From: Saccostrea echinata
Lineage: Eukaryota
Direction: 5' to 3'
Assembly: GCF_033153115.1 (NCBI RefSeq)
Contig: NW_026889779.1
Coordinates: forward strand, 16,554,001 to 16,618,000
Length of the DNA stretch: 64,000 nucleotides
Part shown: in pieces, positions 12,399 to 24,700 of the stretch
Layout of the letters: each line of letters starts with the position of its first letter
How positions within the stretch are numbered: the stretch's first letter is position 1
Program-made: the position numbers and the translations under genes
The notes under the pieces: model-generated
Told to the model about the DNA's origin: nothing
Databases searched by the model: none
The model's input: only the letters and a program-made list of their open reading frames with translations

Positions 12399-15300
12399 TT
12401 ATAGTGGTTTAATTTTCATACTGAATGTCTGTAGAGAGTATTTGTAACCTCGCCATGTTTTCCAGTTGATGCCGTCTGCCATACTTTCATGGTTTCCTTT
12501 AAGGTATTGTCCGTTAGGATTTGCAGTATGACAGTTACTGTACCAGAAACCTCCTTTAAAAGAGGCAGCACAATTTCCGCTTGCTAAGTCATTATCAAAA
12601 TCTTTTGTCGAGAAAAACATTCCGTTATGGGAAGACAAGGAATCACCTGAAAAAAAAAGTTTCTGTTTACTATCTGTGTTGCATACATTATAACTACTCT
12701 TAAACAAAGACTAAAAACATAGTTTCGAAAAAAAATTTAGTCACAAATACCTGCTACTAATATATTCTGGTACATTCAAAAATCTGATGAATGCCTCTTC
12801 ATTTTTAATAGGATTGACTACCTTTAAAAATATTTCCCTGTTCTCTGTCGGATAACTCAAGCAGAATGAAGCACTGTCATATGTAATGGCTGTACCAGTT
12901 ATAACTGTTCTTAGCTGATCCAGTGCTTATGTTCTATCATTAAGAATACTATATCCCTCACGATTTTGTGTATTAAGGTTCATTGATACTCTGATAAGAA
13001 AGATAACTCTTAGTGACATAAATGTATTCCTTTATTGATTTTTCAAGTTGAAATGTCTTTTTGTTTAATTTTGACCCGCACGCTATGGTAAAATTGTTTG
13101 TATTTTACTTATAAAATACATTTCTTTTGGAAAATCATAAAAGTTAAAGCAACATTTTATATGAATGAGCAGAGGGTTTATGAACCTTAAGCGACAAGAC
13201 AAATGGCGAGACCTAAAAAACAACATTCAAAGAGCTAATGGTCAAAGCGAGGGAGATAGAAAGCAAGGCCGTGGGATCTAGCTTGCAATGGCGAAGCCGA
13301 TTATGCGTATCACGGGCCCTTATGTCAGCTACAATGTATCTTCCGCATACACCTCAAAAACAAAAATTTATTATCAATATGTACAATTTACCCCACAGTC
13401 ACTATAACCTTTCCTCTAGATCAATCATAAGTATATGCACACCGTACAAAAATCGTTTTCATCGCCTTCTCACCTGCCTTGTACCCCCTTCCTCCTATCA
13501 TGTAAATTTTGAATTTATTAGGTGGAGTAAATGCAAAATTTACAACATGATAACTTCATTTTTGAATTACAATGTAAAATTTACAACATGATTATGTTAT
13601 CATGACTGTTGTAAATTTTTTTTTTATTTACCTCGATCTACGTAGTAAATTCAAATTTACAACATGATACTACATTATAGCATTACGTATAGGTACCTAC
13701 TCTGACATAATAATACAAATGAGGACACAAGGTCACATACCGGTAAATACCAGGTATAACCCCAGAATTTAGCGGTATGATTATTTTTCAAATGTAAGTA
13801 TTTCAAAGTTTGTAAACAAGGGTTTTAGTCATATTGCTGAATTTATCTGATAAAATAAAATATATCAGAAAGGACAGTATGCATCGTTTGAATGACTTTT
13901 AATTCATTAGGCTCTCAAAAGCCTTAAGGTTAAATATGATCAAGATAAGAATTTTTAGGGTTATTAATTTGAAGCAGCATGGGTGGGGATGGGGGGGTGC
14001 AATGATGAGAAGGATGGCTTAGATAAGAACAGGTGCGAGATGTGGAGAAATGGACTTGTAGGAGGAGAAACGTTGGAACAAAAAGAAAAGGGAGAACTAG
14101 TGTGAGTGGGCGGGAGGGAGGAGGGGAGGGTAACCCAATGTCCATTTCCACATCCAGCCGAACATGTGGAAATGAAGTGGTTGTTTCTTGGAACGTCTTT
14201 TATTTAAATTGCTTACTACTTTTCTTCATTATTACCGACATTATACAAACATTCATTAATTCTAGTAATCATTTAATTATTAATAATTGGACAGTGCACT
14301 TGTATGTAACACTTTCTATAATCTTCTGCTATCCGTAACAAAACCACTTACTGTATTTGTACTGAATATAAACAGAGTCAAGATCTACAAAAAGAAAACT
14401 CACTCACTGTACGTCATGGGAGGAAACATACCTGCTGTACCAGAATATCCCCCGATGGTCAGTCTGAATTTTGTTTCCCGGCTTCCAACGACGAAAACTT
14501 TATATTTGGCAAATCTGCTTTCTCCATCAAAATCGGTCATGTCGACACGTAATTCATACAAAGCCTGGCTTGTCAGCAAATGTAAAAACTCATTGCCTTC
14601 AATAAAAAGTGACAATGAATCAGTAAAATAATTACTTTAAATAACAGTTTTAGCAAAAACACTTTTTCAAATAACGTGATGGAAAAAGTTTAATTTTCTA
14701 CCAATCCAAAACTCGCTGGTCCCATCACTGAAACCAAACTGATAGTCTGCCCACTCTCTGAAGAAGTCGAGACTCCCGTCCAATCTTTTCTGTATAACCT
14801 GCGAATTTAAATAATGATGGAATCTCAAAAAGAGTAGGGGTTCCAGAAGAGGCAAGCATCTTCGGTATTAGCACTCGGTCTGTAAATACTGGAAGGACAC
14901 TAGTATGATGAATCCATCAGTATTTGTCTCGACTGTTTGGCAGTCCGCGAGATATGTTGAAATATTGGCGGATTTCAATGAAATTTTGTTGAAAGATAAG
15001 CCAAAATTTTCATCAATTTCACTCTGTTATTGGCGGAAATTTGGCTTGTATATGCGTTTGATGTGTCTAGAAAGATTACAGATTTTAATCAGCATGGAGA
15101 TCCTCTTATATACATGCAACTAAATAGTTGACTTACAACTAAACAAAGTACATGTAGTACTTACCAGCCATCCACCTTCATCAACGTCCATATCACACAA
15201 CACATCAATCCCCCTTCGGAGGGCCCCCGGATACACCCGGTACACCCCTGAGGTAGAGTTTGGTTTCTGGGTCAGGATATCATAGCAGTCCCGAGGAGCT

Positions 15301-16090
15301 TGATTCCCTAAAATCAGTACGAACAAGTATTTTTTGTAACGCATTTGAACTGGAATTCCATTTCTGGATGAATTCATTGCAAGTTTCAGTAACCAGTACT
15401 ACAAAAAGTGAATGGGAATGTTTATTCTTTTAAACTACATATAATGTCTTGTAGAACCTCATATAAACGATAAAAATTCTGGTGGTGTTTCTATCTTCTG
15501 ACTTAGATAATTTTATAATGTTTCCTTTTTGAACAATGACCGTTTTTCGTTTTTGTTTGTTTGTTTGTTTTTTTTTTTTTTGCGTATTAAAAGATGGTTG
15601 AGGCAAATACCCCTGGTAGATGGATTTAAATAAAAGCTACCAAATACATATCATTTTCAATTTGCCAAGCAATTCCTCTTTCAAATACAAGTAAAAATCA
15701 TGCTTTGATTTCTCTTTTGTCATACAGTTATTAAGGTTTTAACCAAAATTCTTCTTGATTTTTGTCCTGATTGATGTCCATTTTTGAACCAGATTGGTTA
15801 TTTACCCGAAGCAACACAGAGATAACTTTGTGATAAAGTTTGAGATCGATCGGTACCTATAAAAATCCTAAATAACCCATACCTGAGTAGTTAGTTTGGT
15901 GTTGGATCAGCGTTCGGAGTTCAGCAACGATCAAGGAGTTAGGATAGTATACAGCGGCAGCAAGAACGAACGTCAATGCCAGGAACGTGAGCATCGAGGC
16001 ATTGCCAGAACCTCGAGGTTCCTCGCTCACCAGTTTCTTTTTACCTTTGGCGTCTTTTTCGGACGACATTTCCACTCTCAGATCAGCCAT
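12399..16090 (-). CDS. Fibrinogen-related domain protein (FREP; FIBCD1/ficolin-like), 286 aa, 5 exons (16090-15883, 15307-15165, 14798-14702, 14596-14432, 12646-12399)
   Basis: All GT-AG junctions are phase-compatible (861 nt). FReD motifs PRDC, GVY, CDM..GGW.VIQKR.DGS, GEFWIGNE-like, FSTKDFDND, C..GGFWY.NCH..NPNG and GINW. Hydrophobic segment at about aa 33-49. AATAAA on the minus strand at 12274-12269. Confidence 0.93.
12977..13186. mobile_element. Short TTAA-flanked MITE (Kolobok-like); further copies at 29927-30149 and partial at ~47595
   Basis: TTAA-GGTTCATTGATACTCTGATAAGAAAGATAACTCTTA...TGAACC-TTAA. The same 5' sequence recurs at 29927 and ~47595. Confidence 0.7.
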
Positions 16091-17411
16091 GAAAAAACCA
16101 CGCTATACACACGCTTTAACTTGCGCAGTGTCATGCAGTTCTCCTGTATTTTTATCGTTTTCTTGGAGATAGGTGTAACACCCTGTATTGAAACCTAGCG
16201 ATGGGTGGAGTTTACTTTTAAATCTCCGATATGATTCAGTGGGAAAATTTTCCATATATCGTAATGTAATCGAAATGCGGATGAAAGGACAAAGATTTCA
16301 GATTTCATTTTAAATGCCATCGCTTTGTTTAAATCAAAAAGAGATTTTTCCAATGGAGTTTATGGATGCCTACCCCTTATGATAATGCCCTGCTTAAATT
16401 AGCTCGGTTGATTATCATAGCCTGTAGCAAGTAAAGAGCGGGTTAAAATAACTTGAGTACCCATGTACAGGTTTATTTCGTTTCATTCAAACTGTCAGTA
16501 TATCCTTGTCACAGGGGTCTTCCTTTTGTACTGTTATTTATAAAATCGATACGATCATTTCCTTTACAATTGATTTAAACTTTTCACGTTAATAAACATA
16601 CTGCAGGGGCGGACCCAGGATTTTTTTTAGGGGAGGTGGGTCCACGTCAACTGAAACAAATATCAGACTCGGAATTAAAACAACAACAAAAACTACGATA
16701 CTTACTAAACCTGAAAATCCTATTTCGGGGGGGGGGGGGGGGGGCTTCTTCCGAAGTCAATTTTCTTCTGATAGATGACTCTCCTTGTCGTTCTGAAAGG
16801 GGTCCGTGTTTCCTAGGGGGTTCCAAGGTCATTATTTCGTTACTTTTACATCAGAAATTTAATAACTCTGAAAATTCCATTAAACCCCCCCCCCCCAATA
16901 TCCGCCTGTGTATTGCTTTAATTTTTCATTTTTAATTTTCCCCCCTTTAACTTTTTTTTTAAATGGTTTGATGCATAACTTTGCGTATACTGTATTTAGT
17001 ATGTAGTAAAATACTCGTCAGACTAATGAATATATCTTCCTATCAAAAGCTATAATTATTCTCAAATTTGGGAGGGAGGATTAAAACCTCAGATCTCACG
17101 GAATAAAGGGAAAAATTAATTTCAATGAAATGCATTTTGGCGACCTCGTTATCCTAAACCATATATGGAAGCAAAACAATGCGTGAGAGCACCGAAAAGT
17201 CACCGAAAGTCATTCAGATACGAAAATAGGTTTCATTCGAAACAAAAGCACAGTCGTCCACAGTGCAAGTTTCATCAGTTCGACGAAACGGCGTTTGAAG
17301 TCCTGTTCACAAAATAGCTCGTATAACGTCTTCGGAATAAGATATATTAAACTTTCAGAGACAAACATGTTATCAATGTCTCTGATATTTTTAAAGATTC
17401 TGAACAATAAA

Positions 17412-18311
17412 TTTAGCTCATCAGTCGAAGGCTCAAGTGAGCTTTTCTGATCGAAGAGTGTTCTTCGTCTGTCTGTATTTGTATTTCTGTCGTATGTCGT
17501 CTGTAAACTTTTTACATTTTCGACCTTTTCTCCAGAACCACATGCAGGACCAAATTCATTTAAACTTGCCACAAAGCATCCTTGGGTGCATGGGATTCAT
17601 ATTTTATCATATGATTGGTCATGACCTTTTTCAAGGGGATATAATTATGAAATAGTAGAAATTTGGTGGGGTGTTTTCCTCAAGAACCGCTGTGGCAGAA
17701 AAGATGTAATTTATGTGAGAGCTTTTTGACATACTAGCTGTAGATTCAATGTTTCAAATTATGGCCCCCGGGGGATATTTACATGTTAATATATATATAA
17801 ATAATCGGAAAAATGTCTTTGCATAAGCAGCAAGGCCATGATAATTGATACTTATAGTCAATCATGCTCAGGTAGTTTAGATTCAAGTTTGTTCAAATCA
17901 TGCCCCCCCCCCCCCCGGGGTGGTGTTAGGTTAATTGGAGCCACAATTAATAGGGGATCAAATTTTTACATTGGAATGGAATACATGTATATAGGATTTT
18001 TTGTTTAAAATCTTCCTCTCAAGAACAACAAGGCCAAGATGAATAATCAAGCATCCTTAATTAGTACAGTAATTAATTATGATTAATTACTTAGTAATCA
18101 TAATTTATCCAAATCATGATCCACGGGGTACAATTAATATGGGGTCATATTATGGGGATAAAACTTTTACATTTTTATGTGGATTCATTAAAAACCCTTG
18201 AAGCTACAAAGAGGAACTTCAATATGGAGTCAAAATGTATTTTGACTCTGAATAAAGAGGAGTTTTTTTGTAAGTCATCGGGTGAGCCTTGTGGCCCATG
18301 TGCCTCTTGTT
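17412..18311 (-). mobile_element. HINE (CvA/pearl-like Helentron non-autonomous element) with ~166-bp satellite units
   Basis: Terminal hairpin TAGCTCA..GAAGGCTCAAGTGAGC, TCTG microsatellite, TAGATTCAAGTTTGTTCAAATCATG units, end GGTGAGCCTTGTGGCCCATGTGCCTCTTGT. Confidence 0.85.
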
Positions 18312-18729
18312 ACAGTTAAAGTTACTTTCACCACATTGTTGAAAATAAACAGACTCACGGACCATATATTAAACGACATCTGTACATGAACAATGTATAA
18401 CTTTTTTTTCGAAAAAATACAGTAGTATAATAATAATTTTAGATCTTTTGAATAAGCACATCCTCATCAACGAAATGAGACAGGATCCCTGACGATTTGA
18501 GGATGGAATAAAGAAGTCTTTCATAAAAATCTATATTTTATGATTTTAGAGGGTATTATGGGGATGCACACCCCCTTTAAATCCACCTGTTAATTTTTTG
18601 CGATTGCTATTATTAGAGTAAGCTCCCCTTGAGTCGTTCTTTAAACTTTGAAGGTAAGAAAAGTATATTCTTGTAAACATAAAACTTTGAGAGCATGTGG
18701 TAATATGTTCTTTACAAGTCTAAGAGAAA

Positions 18730-21700
18730 ATGTCTGAAGAAAACTCATTACAGCTCAATTTCTATGTTGGAAATGAAAAACGGACCAAACAGAAAACGAA
18801 ATATAGCAAAAAACGGGTAACATTTGGTCATTTTCAACAAGTAGATAATTTTTTTCCTCATTATCTTATCATCATGATCATTAGGTCCAGCATACTCTCT
18901 TGATTTAGCTAAAGAACGTGAATTAGCTATATAGCTTTATTAAGATATTCAGAATAGCTTGATCAAGCTATTTATATGCAGTTTTTCACCAAAATGTTTT
19001 TGTAAGAAATATACAGTACTGAAAGTTGCATGCATTTGTGCTAACCAAAATCAAAGATAGTTGTAACATTGTAGCCTTTGAATATTTTTAAGCAAAAGAT
19101 GTATTTCCATTGTTTGGATAACTGTATACCACCTTGTGTGTGTTGAGTAAAGTGGACAGGTATGATTGCTTCACATTGTGTGGAATTTTCACCAATCAAT
19201 TATCCTTGCTGACCAGAATTGACATCCTTTATAATTGCATTCAAAAAGTAATGATGTGCTCACTAATCAGTTGCTTTATATAGCCCCAAATCTTTTAGAA
19301 CTTTCAGTACAAAGTCTGTCAAGGAGATGCAGTTTGATGAGCAGTTTTTACATGTATATAATGCTGAAAAAATTATAATACATTTAAGACAAAAAATGTG
19401 ATAAATAGCTAAATCAAGCTATTCTGAATAGCTTAATAAAGCTATATAGCTAATGCAAGCTACATAGCTTAATCAATAGATTTTGCAGGACCTGATCATC
19501 TATACATGTCTACAGCTATTATATATTTATACATAGATCTGCTGAAAATGAATCAGACCTAAAGCATCCAGTCTGATCCTTTTGATTGTGTACAAATCAT
19601 AATTTGGTATCCTAAGGTTACTGCTAGTACAACCATCATTTTCACTTGCCAATTAGGTTTTCTGATCTGCTACTCTTCTCACCGGTAGCGGATTGGAAAC
19701 CCTTCGCTAGCAAAGATGGTACATGTACAGCAATATGTCCTATAGACTCTTTCCCATGGTACCAAGGACATCATGTTTTGCATTATGATTTAAAATACAT
19801 GAATACCTTGGATTTCAAAATAGGTTTGATCAATAGATCTTCTCTTTTTTTTGCCAAACTTTCTGCCTTGAAAGAAACCCTCAAGTCAAACTAGTATATT
19901 GATACAGCAGCAAATTCAAAGTCTGTGAGGATTTAACATTATGAAAATGGTCTCTTCTTTGGAAAGGGATCTTTCATTATTCATCTTTTTTCAATGCTTG
20001 CCATCAAATTCAATAACATGAAGGTACATGTTCAGAATCAAATTATATGTCACACTCAAGAAATCTTCTCTGGAAAAAACAACAGCTCCCTTTCACACAT
20101 GACAGCAATATTTACACCCCCCCCCCCTAAAAAAAAAAACAGATTCCTGATTAAGATGAAAAGATTTTAATATGTATACGAAGGATTATGTATATGAAGG
20201 AAAGTGGACTGTCTGTGAGAAATGTCTGCTATTTATCATAGACTTACTTGACTTAATCTTCTTCTTTCCTTGTGGAACATAGGGTTGTTACAGTCATTCT
20301 CCACCTGACCTGTTTATAGTTGTTTTCTTTGCCTTGTTCCAGTTTAATTGTTCCAATTTCTTCTAGTTCTAGCTCGATCCTCTAGCTCAGTATCAGATGA
20401 CCTCTTACAATTTCCCTGAGGATTCAATTCTGGAGACTGAACAAGTCATTGGTTAAAATTTTAAGAGTCTTACTGATAGCACAATTAGTTTAACTTAAAT
20501 TTTCTCTGCTTTGTTAATTAATCAATGTCAATAAAAAAGCAACTTAACACAGTATGTTAACACTAGGAGTGCCCTAGATTATTTAAAGAAGCTCTGACCA
20601 AATCATCGGCTCTCGGACCATGTCTTCTACCTCTTCAGCAATACATTCATAACTATTAATAAGCTTTTGATTTCAGCATTTTACCACACTGATAATCATA
20701 AATGATTTTTTTCAAGAGATGATTCCCCTTCAATTCTAAAAAAAATTGTTCATCTGCACCAAGTTCAAATTTGGATTAATATGATCCTTAATTTTTTTTT
20801 CAGGGAACAAGAATAAAACAAAGGAGATTACAAAAAGCAGCATCAGGACATGATGTTTTTCATTCAGAAAAACCAGATCAACCAGACAAATCAAAGACAA
20901 TTCAGAAAACAAAGGGTGAAAAAGAGTTTTCATTGACATCAAATAAAAACAAATTTGAAGAAGAATATAACACTGGGAAAGTTCCTGTGAATGTATCCTC
21001 TTCTCTGAAGAGAAAACACCCAGAAGACTTGAGAGAAGTGCCATACAAAAAAGAAAAGAATGAAAATAAGGTGTTCATATCCTCTTTGTTCAGGTTTAAT
21101 CCTGAAATTCCTAATGTTGAAAAGTAAGTCTTTTATTTATTTTGTCTTTTGTTTATTTTATACAAATTATTTTTGAAGTTAAAAAAACACCTGAACATTT
21201 ATTTCATTAAATTTAGGTCAGCTGTTGCAAGGAAAAGAGAGGAGATTTTTTCTTCAAAATATTTCAAAGACCTAGATCTACATCCCTTCATGGTAAAAAA
21301 AATACATTGCATTGTCACAATTTGGGTCATTTTAGGTATAAATGAATATATAAATCTATATTGCAGCAGTTTAGCTTTAATTAACGGGTAAATGATTCAT
21401 TGATTTGTTTCAGATCTCAAATTTAGAGGAGAGATTCAAGATAACACAGATGACCACAGTCCAGCAGAGAGCCATCCCACAAATTCTCAGTGGACTTGAT
21501 GTACTGGTCAAGTCACAGACAGGGTCAGGTTAGGACACAGTATTTTTGTAGAGTTTTTTGCATTCTTTTAAGGTTCATCATTCCTCATTTCACTCATATA
21601 AGGTTTTATTTTAATGCTAATAATTTCCCTGAAGTAATTTCCATGTAATTTAAGAGTTTATAGATCTGATTAGTATTGCTATCATTGCCCCCTTCTAATT

Positions 21701-24700
21701 CAATATAATTAGAGGCCCATAATTCTCACCTGGTTCAACTCTCTCTCTCTCTCTCACAGGAATGAAGAAGTATGAATTCAAACTTCTTATTAATAAAAAA
21801 AAGATTAAATCTTTACAGCTTTCATTCCTAACAACAGCATCAAACCAATTACACATATGCATCAGATTTAGATATTGTCAATTTCTTAACAACTCTGAAA
21901 ATATTATTTATAATTGTAGACATTGTATGAACTATTTAGCTTAATATATCTTTTTAAAGTTGCTTTATTATACTCACCCCATTGAAAGGTGGAGGGTTTA
22001 TGGTGTGGGGATGTCCTCTGTATGTCTGTCCATCTGTTATACCCCATCTCTTATCAGCATCTCCTCCTATACCACTGAATAAAATTTAATGAGACTTTCA
22101 CAGAATCCTTTTTACATAATACCATTGTACACATCCTATTTTACTTTTTGCTCAGACACATATTTCAGATTTTCCATAGCAAAACATGGACACTGCCATT
22201 CTTTTTATAATATTGGGGGTACCCATATATTATCCACAACTCCTCCTATACCACTGAATAAGAATTAGTGATATTTTCACAGAATCCTTATTACATAATA
22301 GCATTGCATGTGCACCTTCTAATTCACTTTTTGATCAGACACATATTTTGGGTTTCCCATAGCAAAACATGGACATTGCCATTCTTTCTATATTATTGGG
22401 GGTACCCATTTCTTATTTGCAAATCCTCCTATACCACTCAATAAAATTTAATGATACTTTCTTTATTACATAGTGCCATTGTGCACTTCCTACTTAATGT
22501 TGATTGGACAGATTTTTTTGGCTTTCCCATAGCCAAAAAAATGGTTTTGCCATTATACTTACCTGGTATATGAGAGTGTTTGGGGGGGGGGGGGGTTATT
22601 TTGTGAGCTCGCTTCTCTCAGTACCTGTAATTTAGATATTCAAGCATAAATTTCTCTGAAATGTTCACTTATGTTTTGCATGTGGAATATTGACACAGTA
22701 TGGAGACCTGATTATTTTCTACTTTCCGCTGTTCTTAAAACAATGCATGAAAAAAATGCTCATAAGAATTTGTCTCCTTCAGAGCATTTGCAATCAAAGT
22801 TCTAATAATTTTAAGGTAATATAAGCAGTTGATGACAAAACAGTTACTTCTTGAATGAAATTATAAGAAAGCTAATTCTGGTTAACAAGAAAAATTCAGC
22901 ACCATGTTAAGTAATCATACTTATCTGTGACTCACTGCACACAAGGTGATGTACAGTTACCCAAACAGTGAGAATACATGTCCAAAAGCAGCAATGTTAA
23001 ATACGTCATAGATTTGGTTTGCTTGTCCGTAGTATAAATATGATTAGTCACACATTTGCAACTTTGTCTATTTTACATAAAAGGCATATTTAGGACAAAA
23101 AAACTGCATTTAACTAGCCAGTGAAGCTATATTTAATAGTTTGTTAAAGCTATAGAGCAAATACAAGTTACATAGCTTAATCAGGAGATTGTGCCAATCC
23201 TGTCTTACATTGTACATAAAAGATTGCATGTATTTTGTACTTTTCCTCTTTAGTATTATTCACCAGTGATCTATTTTCTGTGTTTAAATGACACTTCACA
23301 ATTAGTCCACCTTGTGTGCGATGAAGCATAGATAATTTAGATAACTTTGTACTGTTACTAATCATTACAAATCAGGATTGGCTTTACTGTAACATGTATT
23401 AAGTTTTGATCCTGGAGTAACTATTTACCACCAACAGGTCTAGGAAAATCACTATATTTAGCTATATAGCTAAATCTACCTATATAGCTTTATTTACCTA
23501 TATAATATAGCTTTATTTAGCTATTTCAGAGTAAATTTCTGTTTTATGAAAAGCAGACAAAAAGTCGCATAATGAGGCAGTATTAGTTTTCAACTTTGAA
23601 ATGGACTGAAAACAATTCACCAAAAACCCACTTTTAAAAATGTTTCTCCTTTTGTGCAATTGCAATCAAAGATCTAAAAGTTTTGGGGCTATGTATAACA
23701 GTTAATCTGTGAATAAGCAGCTACTTTAACAAAGAAAAGCAGTTTTGGTCAACAAGATAATTGATTGGTAATAATTCAGCACAATGCAAGGCAATCACAC
23801 TTAGTCATGCCTCATCGCACTTCCAGTAATGGACAGCTATCCAAACAATAGAGATGCATTTTTGGTTAAAAAGTGTTTAAAAGAGGCAATGTTTTTACTA
23901 TCTATGCCCTAGGTTGTTTTTATCAAACCTTTTTAAAAAAATATCAGCCATAATTTTCATGCGACTTTTTGTTTGCTTTTCATAAAACAGAAACTTATTC
24001 TAAAATAGCTAAATAAAGCTATATTATATAGGTAAATAAAGCTATATAGGTAAATTAAGCTATATAGCTAAATACAGTGATTTTCCTGGACCTGACCAAC
24101 TTAATAACTGCAGATAGCTCCAAAAACTGTAGATAAGTACCTTTATTCAGCTTGAAAGCCAGACATACATGTAGTGATTATCCCTGAACTGTAAATTTAC
24201 AGGTGCTCGGCTTGTTTTAAGGTTGCTATTTACCTATTTTATTAAGTCCTTCAAATTAAAATTTCATTCAGTATCATAAGATTAAAATACAATGGTATCA
24301 AAGTGAACCTAAAATTATATGTCGGTGAAGATAGAGTTACTTGCTCAGATGTACAGCATCCATTGATTACACTTACCTGACTGCAGATTTGAAGCTCAAT
24401 GGTCTGCATCTATACAGTACATGTAACCCAAACCTGGTACACCAATTAACAAATATAACAAATACTCACAAAGATAAGTACTCAATCAGAAAGGATTATC
24501 AGTTGACAAGGACTGTCTCAAACAGTTCTGCTGAGTGATAAGTACTCACCCAGATAGGTCTACCCATTGAGTAGTATTCACTAAGGTAGGTCTACCAAGT
24601 GAGTACTACTCACTCAGAGAGGTCTGTGCAGTGAGTAGTATTCATCCAGGTAGGACTACTAAGTGAGTAGTACTCACCAAGATAGGCTTATACAGTGAGT

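Noticed and set aside
15896-16198. Plus-strand ORFs opposite FREP exon 1
   Set aside because: Antisense shadows of the FREP coding exon.
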